From Adineta vaga (taxonomy: Eukaryota > Animalia > Rotifera): a stretch of DNA of 64,000 nt. This document shows positions 35,681-47,224 of this stretch, one piece after another. The first letter of the stretch is position 1; the number at the start of each line of letters is the position of its first letter. The stretch is taken from NCBI GenBank assembly GCA_021613535.1, contig CP075493.1:4216001-4280000 (forward strand), read 5' to 3'. The notes beneath the pieces are model-generated. The model was not told where the DNA came from. It saw only the letters and a list, made by a program, of their open reading frames with translations, and did not search any database. The position numbers were made by a program, and so were the translations under genes.

Positions 35681-38600
35681 ATGGCTTCAAAATATCATCA
35701 AGAACGAATTCCAATTTCATCGGCAATTCCTTCTACAAAATTAACACTTTCTTCGCTTCCAAGTCGGCCAACGCCAAGTGGTTCATCGGGTCGACTTGAA
35801 AATCTTTATACAAATCATTTCACGTGTCAATTTGCCAAAAATCTTCCTCTATATCAATATGACGTAGCTATTGAAGCAATGGGTACAAAATCTGGCGAAT
35901 GGTATGAAGTTAAAGGCCGATCTCGATGTGCTCTAATCATGCAATCATTAATTTCTGCTGGTGCCTTCAATCCACAAGTGATTGTCTGGTATGACGAACA
36001 GAAATGTTTATACAGTACATCAATACTGTCAACTCCACAATTGATTACGAATCATGATGGTCAAGAACGATTGAATATTAAATCATTGGCAAATCAATGG
36101 TCAACAAATGATATTTATGATTATATCAATGGTCAAGGAAAAGAATATCCATATGACGCAGTACGAATTCTTGAGACACTTTTAAAAAAATCTCTTCAAG
36201 ATCAAGTTAAAGTCGTTAGTAATACATGTTATTTTACTAATGAAACACCGCGCAAATTACCAGGTGGTTTTGAAGAACGATATGGTTTTATACAAGCACT
36301 CAATCTTGGTTCTGGTCGTTTAACATTAAATATTCAAACAAAATTAACACCATTCTATCCGGATATACCTTTACTTGATTTTATTCATTTACAAATTGGC
36401 GGAAAACGCATACCGAATGAACATGAATGTAAAAAACTAAATCGTATTTTAAAAGATTGTCTCGTTGTTACGAAACAATCAAATTGGAAACAAGCTTATG
36501 AAATCGATCAATTAAGTGATCAACGACCATGTGATATTAAAATTGAATCCGGTGAATCATTAATTGAATATTATAAAAATGCAAAGAATATCACATTAAC
36601 ACAGACCAATTATCCATGTGTACAAGTTTACATACCAAATGAATATGTACGACCCTGTCATTTACCATTAGAACTTTGTCGAATTAAACCATGGCAAGTT
36701 TATGATAAAATGGTAAACTAATTAAATTTTTTATCAATGAAATTCTTTGAAGTAATTCATTATTCTTTCTCCATTTTAGTTATCTAAAGTACAAGTATCA
36801 CAACAACCACAAAAATATATTCCTAAACCAAATGAACGTTATGATAACATTATGAATACAATTCGTAAATGTAATTATAATTCTCCTGCAAATATTCTTT
36901 GTCGAGATGTTGGCTTTCAAATTGAAGATAATGAAATGTTAAAACTTAATGGTCGTACTTTAACTCAACCACAAATTCAAACTGGTCAGAATAGTACAGC
37001 CAAAGTTCAAATTGGTCGTATACCACTCGACGGTCATCTGTTTACACCAAAGCCTATTTCGGCATTAGCTATTGCTTATTTTGGTAATAATGCGCAACAA
37101 GATTCAGGCTTAATGGATGAGTTTGTCAAAAATTTATTGAATGTAATTTTACTCTCTACTTTCTTTCGTTGAACTCGAATATACAATTTTCTTTCTTTTA
37201 TAGGGCATGCAGAATTATCATATTGATGTCAAACATCAGAGACATACTGTCAGAGCTACAAATGATCAAATAACAGGATATTTTCGAACGATGAGTGAAA
37301 AAAAATGTCAATTTGTTGTTTGTGTTATGAGTGCAAATAATGAGGATGAACTTAAACAATTGAAAGCTGATATTAAAGATTGTGGAACAATTCAATATGG
37401 TATGTAATATCCTTATTTATAGTAATGCATGTAAGATGAATGATTATGTTTTAGGTATCATGACACAATGTGCTGCACTATCAAAAATTGCTGCTAATCG
37501 TCCATTAAAAAATTATTGTGAGAATTTAATACGAAAAATCAATTTCAAAAATGCTGGTATTAATACCAAAGTTAATTTAAATGTAGCATTAAAAGACAAA
37601 AAATCTACAAAAGATTCGTATATGTTTTTCGGTGGTGATGTTATTCATCCAACTAATGTAACTCGTCAACATCCATCGATTGCAGGTAGACTATTGTTTA
37701 GTTTTTTTTTGTAGAATAAAATTAATTTTGTTGTTATTTTTTGATTAGCTGTGGTTGGTTCAGGAGATTCATTATGTTCAACAACAGCTGTTCGAGTTTG
37801 TAAACAATATCCAAAAGAAGGTAAATGTTCTATTGAAACAATTCTTGGCTTATCTGAAATGGTTGAACAATTATTACATTATAATCAACAAGCAAATAAA
37901 GTTCTACCAAATAAAATTGTTTTCTATCGTGATGGTAAGTTTAATTATTTTTCGATAAATTTATAGTTATATGAAATATGTGTAGGAGTTGATGATGGTC
38001 AATTTGGAAAGATTATTGCTTATGAAATTCCTGCTATTCGTCAAGCTTTTAATCGTAAGTTATTGAATTAAATTTGTACAGGATTGTTTTCTATTTTGAT
38101 GTTCTTAGTTGTCTATGGTGAACAAACAAAGCATCCTCAATTGACTTTTCTTGTAGTCAAAAAACGTCATAATACACGATTTTTTACATATAATGAAGAA
38201 AGTCAACAAACAAAGAACATGTCAATTGGTACTATTATTGATACGAGCATTGTTCATCCATATCAAAATAATTTTTATTTGAATTCTCATAATGCTTTTC
38301 AAGGAGTAAATCATCCATCACTTTATCATGTTCTTTTGGATGAAATTGGTTTTACTGCCGATGAATTACAATTATTAACTTATCATTTATGTTTTACTGA
38401 TCCACGTTCATCAGCTTCTGAAGCAATTCCATCAGTCGTACATCATGCTGATATAGCTGCATTAAAAGCAAGAGATTTATTCTATGATGATGAACGGTAA
38501 TATAGAAAATAAAACTATTCAATTGATTTATAAATATGATGTTTCTATGTTTTATTTTAGTTCGTCAGCAACAAGTGTTGGTGGACGTAGTCAACCGTTG

Positions 38601-38681
38601 AGAAATCCAACACTAAATGATGTTAGTTATGAAATTCTTGATGTTCATGAAAATCTAAAAAATCGACCAATATTTGGTTAA
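35681..38681 (+). CDS. Argonaute-family protein (N-PAZ-MID-PIWI), divergent, multi-exon
   Basis: TNHF..LYQYDV, SLIEYYK..YPCV..LPLELC (PAZ), GIMTQC, KINFKNAGIN, FFGGDVIHP, FYRDGVDDGQF, VVKKRHNTRFF, FYLNSHNAFQGVNHPSLYHVL and IPSVVHHAD. Confidence 0.95.
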
Positions 38682-38821
38682 TTAAAATCCTCTTCATTTT
38701 AAATTGCTGAAGACTCATCCACAACTATGTTTTTTTTATACTCTTATATTTGATTTATTTATGAAACAATAAATGCTTTAATCACGATTAAAATTTCATT
38801 ACTTTTTCGTCATGTTTTTTT

Positions 38822-41077
38822 TTATTCCACGGTTATACGTTTGAACATATATTGAAATTCATCCGGTGTATCAAATGCACCGGAAATAAGGATGCGAATA
38901 TTTGTTAAGCAGTCAATAGGAGTATAAATTTCATAAGTTTGTGTTTGTTTATTACAACGTTCAATCCAACCTAGAACAAGATAAGTCTATGAGAATGGAA
39001 GATTTCGAGTATACAATATCGTACCAAAACCAAAACATTCGAATATTTGATCTTGATAATCTAATATCTGGTGTATTCCATTGATAGGGGATGCTTTATT
39101 TTGTAACTAAATTTCAATTCGAAAGAGAATTGATTTGATAAAAAAACTCAAATCTATCTTACTTGATTTATATTTTCATTGGAACAAAATCCTACGATAG
39201 ACTTTTCAAGACTATCAGGTAATGTATTCGGATTTGCATTGTCAAGTAAAGATACATGAATAATTTGTGACCATGGAAGATCAATACGATTCAGACGTAA
39301 AGAAAAGAAATACGACCAAGTCGCAAAAAGCCGATAATCACGAGCACGTATTTTTGGTATCTCAGTAGGAGATGGTCTCGTTTGAATATTTGCAATTGCA
39401 GCTGATTGTAATTTGATATATTCATAATTTAGTTCTCCATCATAATCTTTCTGACGTTCAGAACTCATTTGTAACGTTTGCTAAAATATATATATAAAGT
39501 AAGATATAAATACATAGATTTCAATTCGACACATACTCGATATGGTACAAAAACAGGTTGCTCTAATAACCATTGAAGAGTTATATCAGGCATTCGGTTT
39601 TGAACTTGAGATGAAGTCATATTGTCTGTCAATTGAATAATTACATTTGGACAACACATGCATATTGTTTCTTTTAATAATTCGAGACCAAGACCTATAA
39701 AAAAGAAACAATATAAATACTGAATAAACTAATTTTCAGAGTAATATTTACCAGTTCCCCAACCCATGGTATTGACTAGAATCATTGATCGATTCGGTTT
39801 TCGATTTCGATAATCAACATTCCATAATTGTCTCAATTTATCAATATATTGTAAATATCGAACAGGTGATGCTTGCGGTGAAACTAGTCCATAATAAAGA
39901 AGTCGATCAGGTTTCATATTTGCTTGTATATGTGAAAACGGTGGACCTAACAATGGTGATGTTAAATTTTTGTAAGATACACATCCACCCATTGTAAATT
40001 CACATTGTCCTATATCACAATCGAAATAGATTAAATTATAAATTGAATTGATATGATTAAGAGCACGATTAATCATTTGACGAGTAAATGTCGATTTACC
40101 CATATCTTTTTCACCACAAATTAAAACAACGAATGGAAAATCTAAATCCATCGACATAGATTATGTGATTAGAATCAAAATAGTTTTACCTTCAGTTGTT
40201 TCAGACAACCATCGATTGATTATACGATCGATAGTTGAAATAAATTCGTTACGAGGAATAATTGCATTTGAATTGCTTGTTTCAATAAAACGTATTTGTA
40301 AATCTTGTTCCATTTGTTTCCATTTATCTTGCGAAAAGAATTGATAATTTTCCATAAATAATTTACTATAAAATCGATGTTTTCGTATAGTCTGAATAAA
40401 CAATGAATCATTCGTTGATTCGTTTCGAATTAATAATATATCACCACCTTTCTGTCGAACATGAGAAGCAATATTTTCAGCTAATTGTTCATTTGGTATC
40501 ATTGATTTGATATCTTGTAAATTTATATTCATTGTTATCACGGATGGAATGAATTCCATGGGTAATGCAGTATTTGTCCGATAGTTATAAATTGAATAGT
40601 ATACCGATGGACGAAGAGTATGTCCATGAATACGAACTCGACCAAATAATGAACAAATTTGAAAACTTTGTAAGAATGTCAAATGAGTATCAAGAAAATG
40701 AATCACATATGTGGGTGGATTGGAAAATGAACCAAGAATGTTTGATTGATGAGAGGATAATGATGAAGTGTTGTCTACCTGTAAATAGTAATAAGTTTTA
40801 GTATATTTCTTTCGTATTGATTTTTCATTTATGCTCAATTTAGTCGTGAGAAAAGCTTAGTTGCGGGGTACTCGAAAAAGATACCGTCCAAAATGCAGAG
40901 CAAATCTTGCCGTACAACTTGTGAATCCATCGATGGTTGTTCTCTTTGATCATATCTCGATCGAGATGACGAATATCGAGCCATTTTTGAGTAAGATGCT
41001 TGATATGTTTCATTATCGTCATTATTATCGTTCGAGTTTGTTGAAGATCGATCTAAAGCTGAAGACGAACGCTTCAT
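38822..41077 (-). CDS. NOL9: Polynucleotide 5'-hydroxyl kinase NOL9/Grc3 (Clp1 P-loop family)
   Basis: ICGEKDMGKSTFTR Walker A, FDCDIGQCEF, SPLLGPPFSH, ILVNTMGWGTG and C-terminal FECFGFGWIERC..YEIYTP. Confidence 0.82.
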
Positions 41078-41175
41078 TGATCAATACTTTTCCAATCTAA
41101 AAAATATCAATAAAAATATAAAGCAAAGCCAAAATCAGATCCAATTAGATGTGAAACAGAGAAAAATTAGGCAGA

Positions 41176-42651
41176 TTAAAGATTAAAAATTTCGATCCTT
41201 TTCGGTTCGTTATTATAACTAACAGCAATTTTTTGCTGTTGATTATTACTTATTAAACAGACACTATGCACGTTTTTATCGATTTGTTTCAATATGAAAC
41301 TATTCATCAACCATAATGAACGTGTTGAACGTTCACTAATTAACCATGTTTGATCATTCTCATTTGAAAGAAGTAGTAGACGACAACCAAAACTTGATTT
41401 TTCGACATCATTTAAGATCGTCAATATTCGACCATGATATATTAATTGCATGTCAAAATCAAAAACATCAATACGCCAATAATGATCTTTCTGGAGTACC
41501 ATAACAGCTAGCTGATTTGTCTTGATACATACTCGTATCATTCGAATACCTTGATCTGTAGTTTGTAGGATATCATCTATATTCCAACGTTTGATTAATT
41601 TCCAGATTGGATGAATTTCAGTTGACCAACGTTCAATATAACCATTACTATCTAAACTAATAAATGCATCATTTGTATTCGATCCAACTGCAATGGACCA
41701 AAATGGATGTTCATCGATTGGTTGAATTTCTGGCATTATTGTAATATTCATTTGTTGAGAATCATAGAGAAGAATTGCTTTTCGACAAACCACTAGAAAA
41801 CATCGATTGAGTGTTGGCGCATAAATCATATCACACACATTGCCAAGTCGAACGTCGAGTTCAGTCGAACGAAGTTCTTGACCATCGGAAATATTGTAGA
41901 AAACAAGACGATTTTCATTTCGATTAATACTTAGAATATATGCCAGTATATGTGTATCAGATGCAGCAAGAAAAAAACAATTTCGATCACGTAAAGAAAT
42001 CATTTGTCGATCACATAATAATTGTGAACTTGTTAGATAAGATATTGCAGGGTTTCTTGCTTGATTCATATCAATAGGATCTGATACATGATTGAATTCA
42101 ATATTGATATTAATCTGATGAATTTCTTGTTTGAAACGTTCTAATCTAGCAGATAAATTTTCGATATCATCTTCAAAGAAATCATCATTTTCACGTTTTT
42201 CTGTTAATTCTTTTGTAAATTGATCATATCGACCTTTGATATCATTGAAATGGGTAAGATATTCCAATTGTAGATTATTACGAGTTTTTTCTGCATTTTC
42301 ATGTCTATCAAAAATAAAATAGATATGTCGAAATCGAAACTATTTCAATTATTGATTAAATACTCACACAATAGTTTGCATTTTTATTTCCCATTGATCA
42401 ATATCTTTCAATGATTTTTCCATATTTTCATTAGTTATATTGAAACTATTAAACATTGTCTCAAAGAATTCATCACGTTGAGTAATAACTGTATCAAGTT
42501 TTTGTGCAAGATCTTGTCGATGTTTTGTTAAATGAACTAAACAAAATGCTGATTGGCATCCATGACATGGATGAATACCTAATTTTGGTTTCAATTGATT
42601 TTCTTCAAGACATAGAACACATGATTTAAATGTTGAACTCGAACTGGTCAT
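41176..42651 (-). CDS. B-box-like Zn finger/coiled-coil protein with C-terminal beta-propeller-like region
   Basis: CVLC..CHGCQSAFCLVHLTKHRQ and IDQWE (same module as the NHL genes), intron ~42366-42306, then a beta-rich C-terminal exon. Confidence 0.72.
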
Positions 42652-42835
42652 TTCTACTACACAATCAACTAGTAGTAGGGAAATTTTGTCATTTTGTTTT
42701 TCGCTCAATATACGATTGGTAGAAAATTCAAATGAAATCGTTTTCATTCCCATTAGATGTCACTCAAATAGGTATGATTTATTTTATTCTACATGAAAAA
42801 ATACTGTCACAATATAAAACGAAATATCGTTATAG

Positions 42836-43652
42836 TTATTGGTCACAGTCGATACATGCACTTGTGATATTATTTGTAGCTCGAGAATAGCCTTTTTTGC
42901 ACACACATCCCGGAATGCATTCCGCAACTAAACATGGATTTTCTTCAGTATTTCCACATGATGCTTGACATTGTGACGCACATTTAGTATATTCTTCATT
43001 TTCACCACATTTTGTATTTGTTTCTGCTATAAAAAAAACGAGATTAAAGCATCCGAAACAAGATCGTATGAAAATGCCTACTTTGTTCGCATTCACTTGC
43101 TTCAACACAGGTTTGATTAGAACGCGATACACGAACATAATTTTCTTTACAAACACATCGGTTAACACCACACATTCGTGGACAAGGTCTTGGCCGTAGT
43201 CTATTACATGATGGTTGACATGATGGATGTGGTGCACATTCAGATTGTATTTCATTTGCACCACATTCTTCCGGTTCATCTCGGACTTTACCTAAAGTAT
43301 ATATGTCAAAAAAACAGTCTATCTCTACAGATTGAATTTACATACGTGCATGGCATTGTGCAATTGGAATACAATTCAGATTATCATCACGTACATAACC
43401 ATCTAGACATTCACATGCTACTAAACTACACATACGTGGACATAATTTTCCTTTGGGTTCATCACATGTTGCTTGACAAGATATCTCACGAGCACAATCA
43501 ACTTTTTTTTCATTAGTACTACATTTTTCTGCAGTAATATCTGTAAAAGAAATACGAATAGAAATATATCTGACTGCTAATAGGTTTATTACGTTACTTT
43601 GAAAATGACCTAAGATTAACATCATAGCCAATAAAACCATAGAAGACAACAT
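42836..43652 (-). CDS. Secreted protein with three TIL (trypsin-inhibitor-like, Cys-rich) domains
   Basis: Signal peptide, then CSTNEKKVDC..CQATC..CPRMC..CECLDGYVR, CGANEIQSEC..CQPSC..CPRMC..CVCKENYVR and CGENEEYTKC..CQASC..CIPGCVCKKGYSR, one domain per exon. Confidence 0.88.
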
Positions 43653-44153
43653 TTTATGAAAGCGTAATCTTGTATATACTCACAAATAGAAATTTCTGAT
43701 TTAAACTGAATCACAGTACTGCTTTATATAGACTTCATCGATAAATAGAATAGATTTTTTTTTAGATGTAAAAGAATCCATTACTTTTGCTTGAATGAAA
43801 TGAGCATAATGAAGGTGGATAAAACTTAAGTCAAACAAATTATTCATAAAAGACACTAAACAAAATAATATTTTTAATACTTTTCGATTATTCTTTAGAA
43901 GCTTTGAGAAGAGCCTATTAATATTAAATCAACTGTGCAACCGTCATTGTTATGTAAAATGAAATTGAAACTATTTTAAACAAGATCTATATATTGATTT
44001 ACTCTTTGAATATAATTTACTTTCATGACAAATTCTAAATAAAACTAAAGATAATTAATTATGTACGTTTGACAAATTTTATTGGCAAAATACAAACATA
44101 ATATCACATATAAAAATTTTTTTCACGATGAAAAATAAAATTAACGTTTTGAC

Positions 44154-45482
44154 TTATGTCGCAATATTTTTCGGACGAAATCGTACAAGTAATCCATAGG
44201 CAAGTAATGATGATCTTCTATCGGTAAAATATTCTATTTTGGAATTGGGAACATGTGGACAGATTTGTACTTCACCAGCACCAATTGTTTCTGGACCAAT
44301 GTCAAAGGTACCAGGCATTTGTCGGCATTGTAGAACAATTTGAGCATCATATTTAGTATTATTTTCTGTGGAATAAAATTCATAAGTAGGACTATATGCT
44401 GGACCACATGAATAAGCAATAGTTGGTGAGGTATAAATGTGCATTTGATTAGGAATATGTCCAGGACGAATACCTAATTTCGTACCATCAAGTAGTACAT
44501 CACCCGGCATACAAAATTGACGATGTGTAATAATTGATTGTGCGGCAACTTTTGTAGTACCATGAAATGTAACGATCCATTTTTTCCATATATCTTGTGA
44601 TTTCATCATTACTGGATCAATTTGTAAACCTAATCGTACCCAACCACGTGGAATAACATATGTACTATTACCTGCATCGGTAACATCTACCCATGATTCT
44701 TTATAACATCGACTACAATAACAACGATCATTTTTATTATCAAAAAATGTGGAATGCCAATTTAATGTATTGATAAATTCACGAGCAAGTTCATGATAGG
44801 AACAACCATTTTTACTTGGCATTAAAAAAACAACAAATGGTTGACCATTAGCCCACATGGCTTTGAATTTCAAGGCGTTATTTGCATCAAACTTTTTAAT
44901 CGTCTTCTTTAGTTCTTCCGACGGTGACTTATCTAACTCATTGTCCGTCCAAATACCACTCTTTTTAGTACCATCAGCAAGATATAATGTGCCTTGACCA
45001 TGTTTCTTATTATGTTGCCAATGGCCTTCATAGCGATCACCATTCGCCCATGTGTTAACTCCATATCCGTGTCTCATGTTGTTGGACCATTTACCAAGAT
45101 ATTTATTTTTTCCATCATTATATACGAATGTTCCATGACCTTCTCGTTCATTGTTATCCCATGTACCATCATAATAACATCCGTTAGCCCATGTATTAAT
45201 GCCTTGCCCGCATCGCTCATTATTTGCCCATTTACCTTTGTAATTTCCTCCGTCTGGATAAGTGTACGTTCCATCACCATGCATCTGATTATCTTCCCAC
45301 TGGCCGGCATAACTACAACCATTTGCCCATTTATTTACTCCATAACCACATCTCATGTCTTCTGACCAAGTTCCTTCATAAGATCCACCATCTGGATAAT
45401 ACAAATTTCCTTCTCCATGTTTCATTCCATCTTCGATCTCACCCTCGTATCTACTGTCATCCTCATATTCTATTACGACCAT
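44154..45482 (-). CDS. MORN-repeat protein fused to NEURL4-type (H-Y-E) ADP-ribosyltransferase-like domain
   Basis: About 8 YxGxWxxxxxxGxG repeats, then CYCSRC, YVIPRGWVRLGL, WIVTFHGT, IYTSPTIAYS, QIVLQCRQ.P and IEYF. Confidence 0.8.
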   Translation of the reverse strand: MVVIEYEDDSRYEGEIEDGMKHGEGNLYYPDGGSYEGTWSEDMRCGYGVNKWANGCSYAGQWEDNQMHGDGTYTYPDGGNYKGKWANNERCGQGINTWANGCYYDGTWDNNEREGHGTFVYNDGKNKYLGKWSNNMRHGYGVNTWANGDRYEGHWQHNKKHGQGTLYLADGTKKSGIWTDNELDKSPSEELKKTIKKFDANNALKFKAMWANGQPFVVFLMPSKNGCSYHELAREFINTLNWHSTFFDNKNDRCYCSRCYKESWVDVTDAGNSTYVIPRGWVRLGLQIDPVMMKSQDIWKKWIVTFHGTTKVAAQSIITHRQFCMPGDVLLDGTKLGIRPGHIPNQMHIYTSPTIAYSCGPAYSPTYEFYSTENNTKYDAQIVLQCRQMPGTFDIGPETIGAGEVQICPHVPNSKIEYFTDRRSSLLAYGLLVRFRPKNIAT

Positions 45483-46542
45483 TGTGCTAATTGTTACGAG
45501 ACGGTATGAAGCAGAGAATTTCGTTAGAGTTACTAATCCGATCTGAAATAAATATAATTTGATAAATCCACTTGTTTTTGATAGGCTATAATAGTTTTCA
45601 GATTAACCTATCATTCTGATACCTTAAAAACTCGTAAAATGATGTTTTTTTTAACGCGCATGCTATATATACTGTTGCGCTTTCTCCTTCTTCCGTTCTC
45701 TTACTTGAATATTTATCATGTTATATTTTTGTAAACAACCGTGTTCTGCCATTCCGAAAAGTATCGAAAAAAGATAATTGAAAAAAACTCACTGATTTAC
45801 AAATCGCATTACCTTGCAAATGTCTTACAACTCAAGATGCTTTATTCCTAGAAGAATAAGATTTGTTTTCCTAGTACACATGGACAAACAGAAATTGTTG
45901 ATAATGAAAATTTTGCGTTCTTTAAGGCAGAAAAAAAAGAAAAATCTCAAATGTTTGACGTAGTTATACCTCATCAGACGACACAACAACAACAACAACT
46001 TGTTTTTTTTCTTCTGTAAAGTATTTATATTGTTTCTATCGGAGAGAACGAATGAAAGGTCATGAAAATAAACTTTGACACTTCGCATGATTTTTAAGAG
46101 AAGAATTGGTTTTTTCCACTATTATTTGTTATTTAATAACTGAATTTCAGTCACTTTCGATTCACTCATGGTAATATTGTCTATAACTCGCATTTTGATT
46201 CATAATATCATGAGAGAATAGAATATATTCATTCATACTTTTTCAAAATTTTCACAAAAATATCTTGAAAGTTTCGATTTTACTGCAATTTAGAAACATT
46301 TACATAATATGTAAACTACAATACGAATTTGAATCATGAGATTAACTTGTTATACATGTAAATTAGCAGTTTTTCCCAAGTTCATTTGAATCTAGGATAT
46401 TTATAGTCATCTTGAATTATACACTTAACAACGTGATCTTCAAAACAATATACTAAGACATTTTATCGACTAGATTATCACATGTTCGGTTTGTTCAGAA
46501 TTGAGCAGTCAGCGATAGAGATCGGCTACTGTTTGCTTGGGT

Positions 46543-47224
46543 TTAAGTTGGTAGTGCTTTACAAAGGACTAAACCAACAGAAACCAAATTAAAATAGGAT
46601 AAAATGATACGGTAAGTTCTTGCGTAATCAGGAGGACAACATACTAGTTTTGATAGGGCAGGTATATTACTGATTCTGAAGACGATTGTTTTGTCAATAT
46701 GTGCAATGACATGATTGATAATAGTCAAAGGGATGACTCGATTAGCCACGTGTATACCGCTCCATCCTCTTTTGTATGTTGGTGCAGAACTACACAAGTA
46801 TCGATCAACAGAAGCTAGCACAATTAACCAGAAACCTGAACTTCTACAAGAAGATGAAAGGAGAGTGACACACGAATGGATAACAAATACAATCTACATA
46901 CCTTAACGAATTTAAACACAGCCATGTTATTTTACAAAATACAACTGAATATGCTCCTGGATCTATATCAACAAAAGCTGATTGTATCATTCTCATCGGT
47001 AAAGCATATAGAGTATGCATTATTCCAATGATACTCGCTGCTAAAAAATATCGACTACAAGAATTAGATCTTAATGATGGACGCGTAAATGCATAAATAT
47101 TCAATAGATGACCAATTGTTCCGATAGGTATGACGATAAAACAGTAACATCGAATAAACATCATAGCCATATAATTCAGATTATTGGCTTCTAATATAAG
47201 ATTTACATTAGCTGAAGAGGACAT
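46543..47224 (-). pseudogene. Class A orphan GPCR, truncated after about TM5
   Basis: IPIGTIGHLLNIYAF, CSRYFLAASI, FCKI and LASVDRYLCSS. Ends prematurely. Confidence 0.7.
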
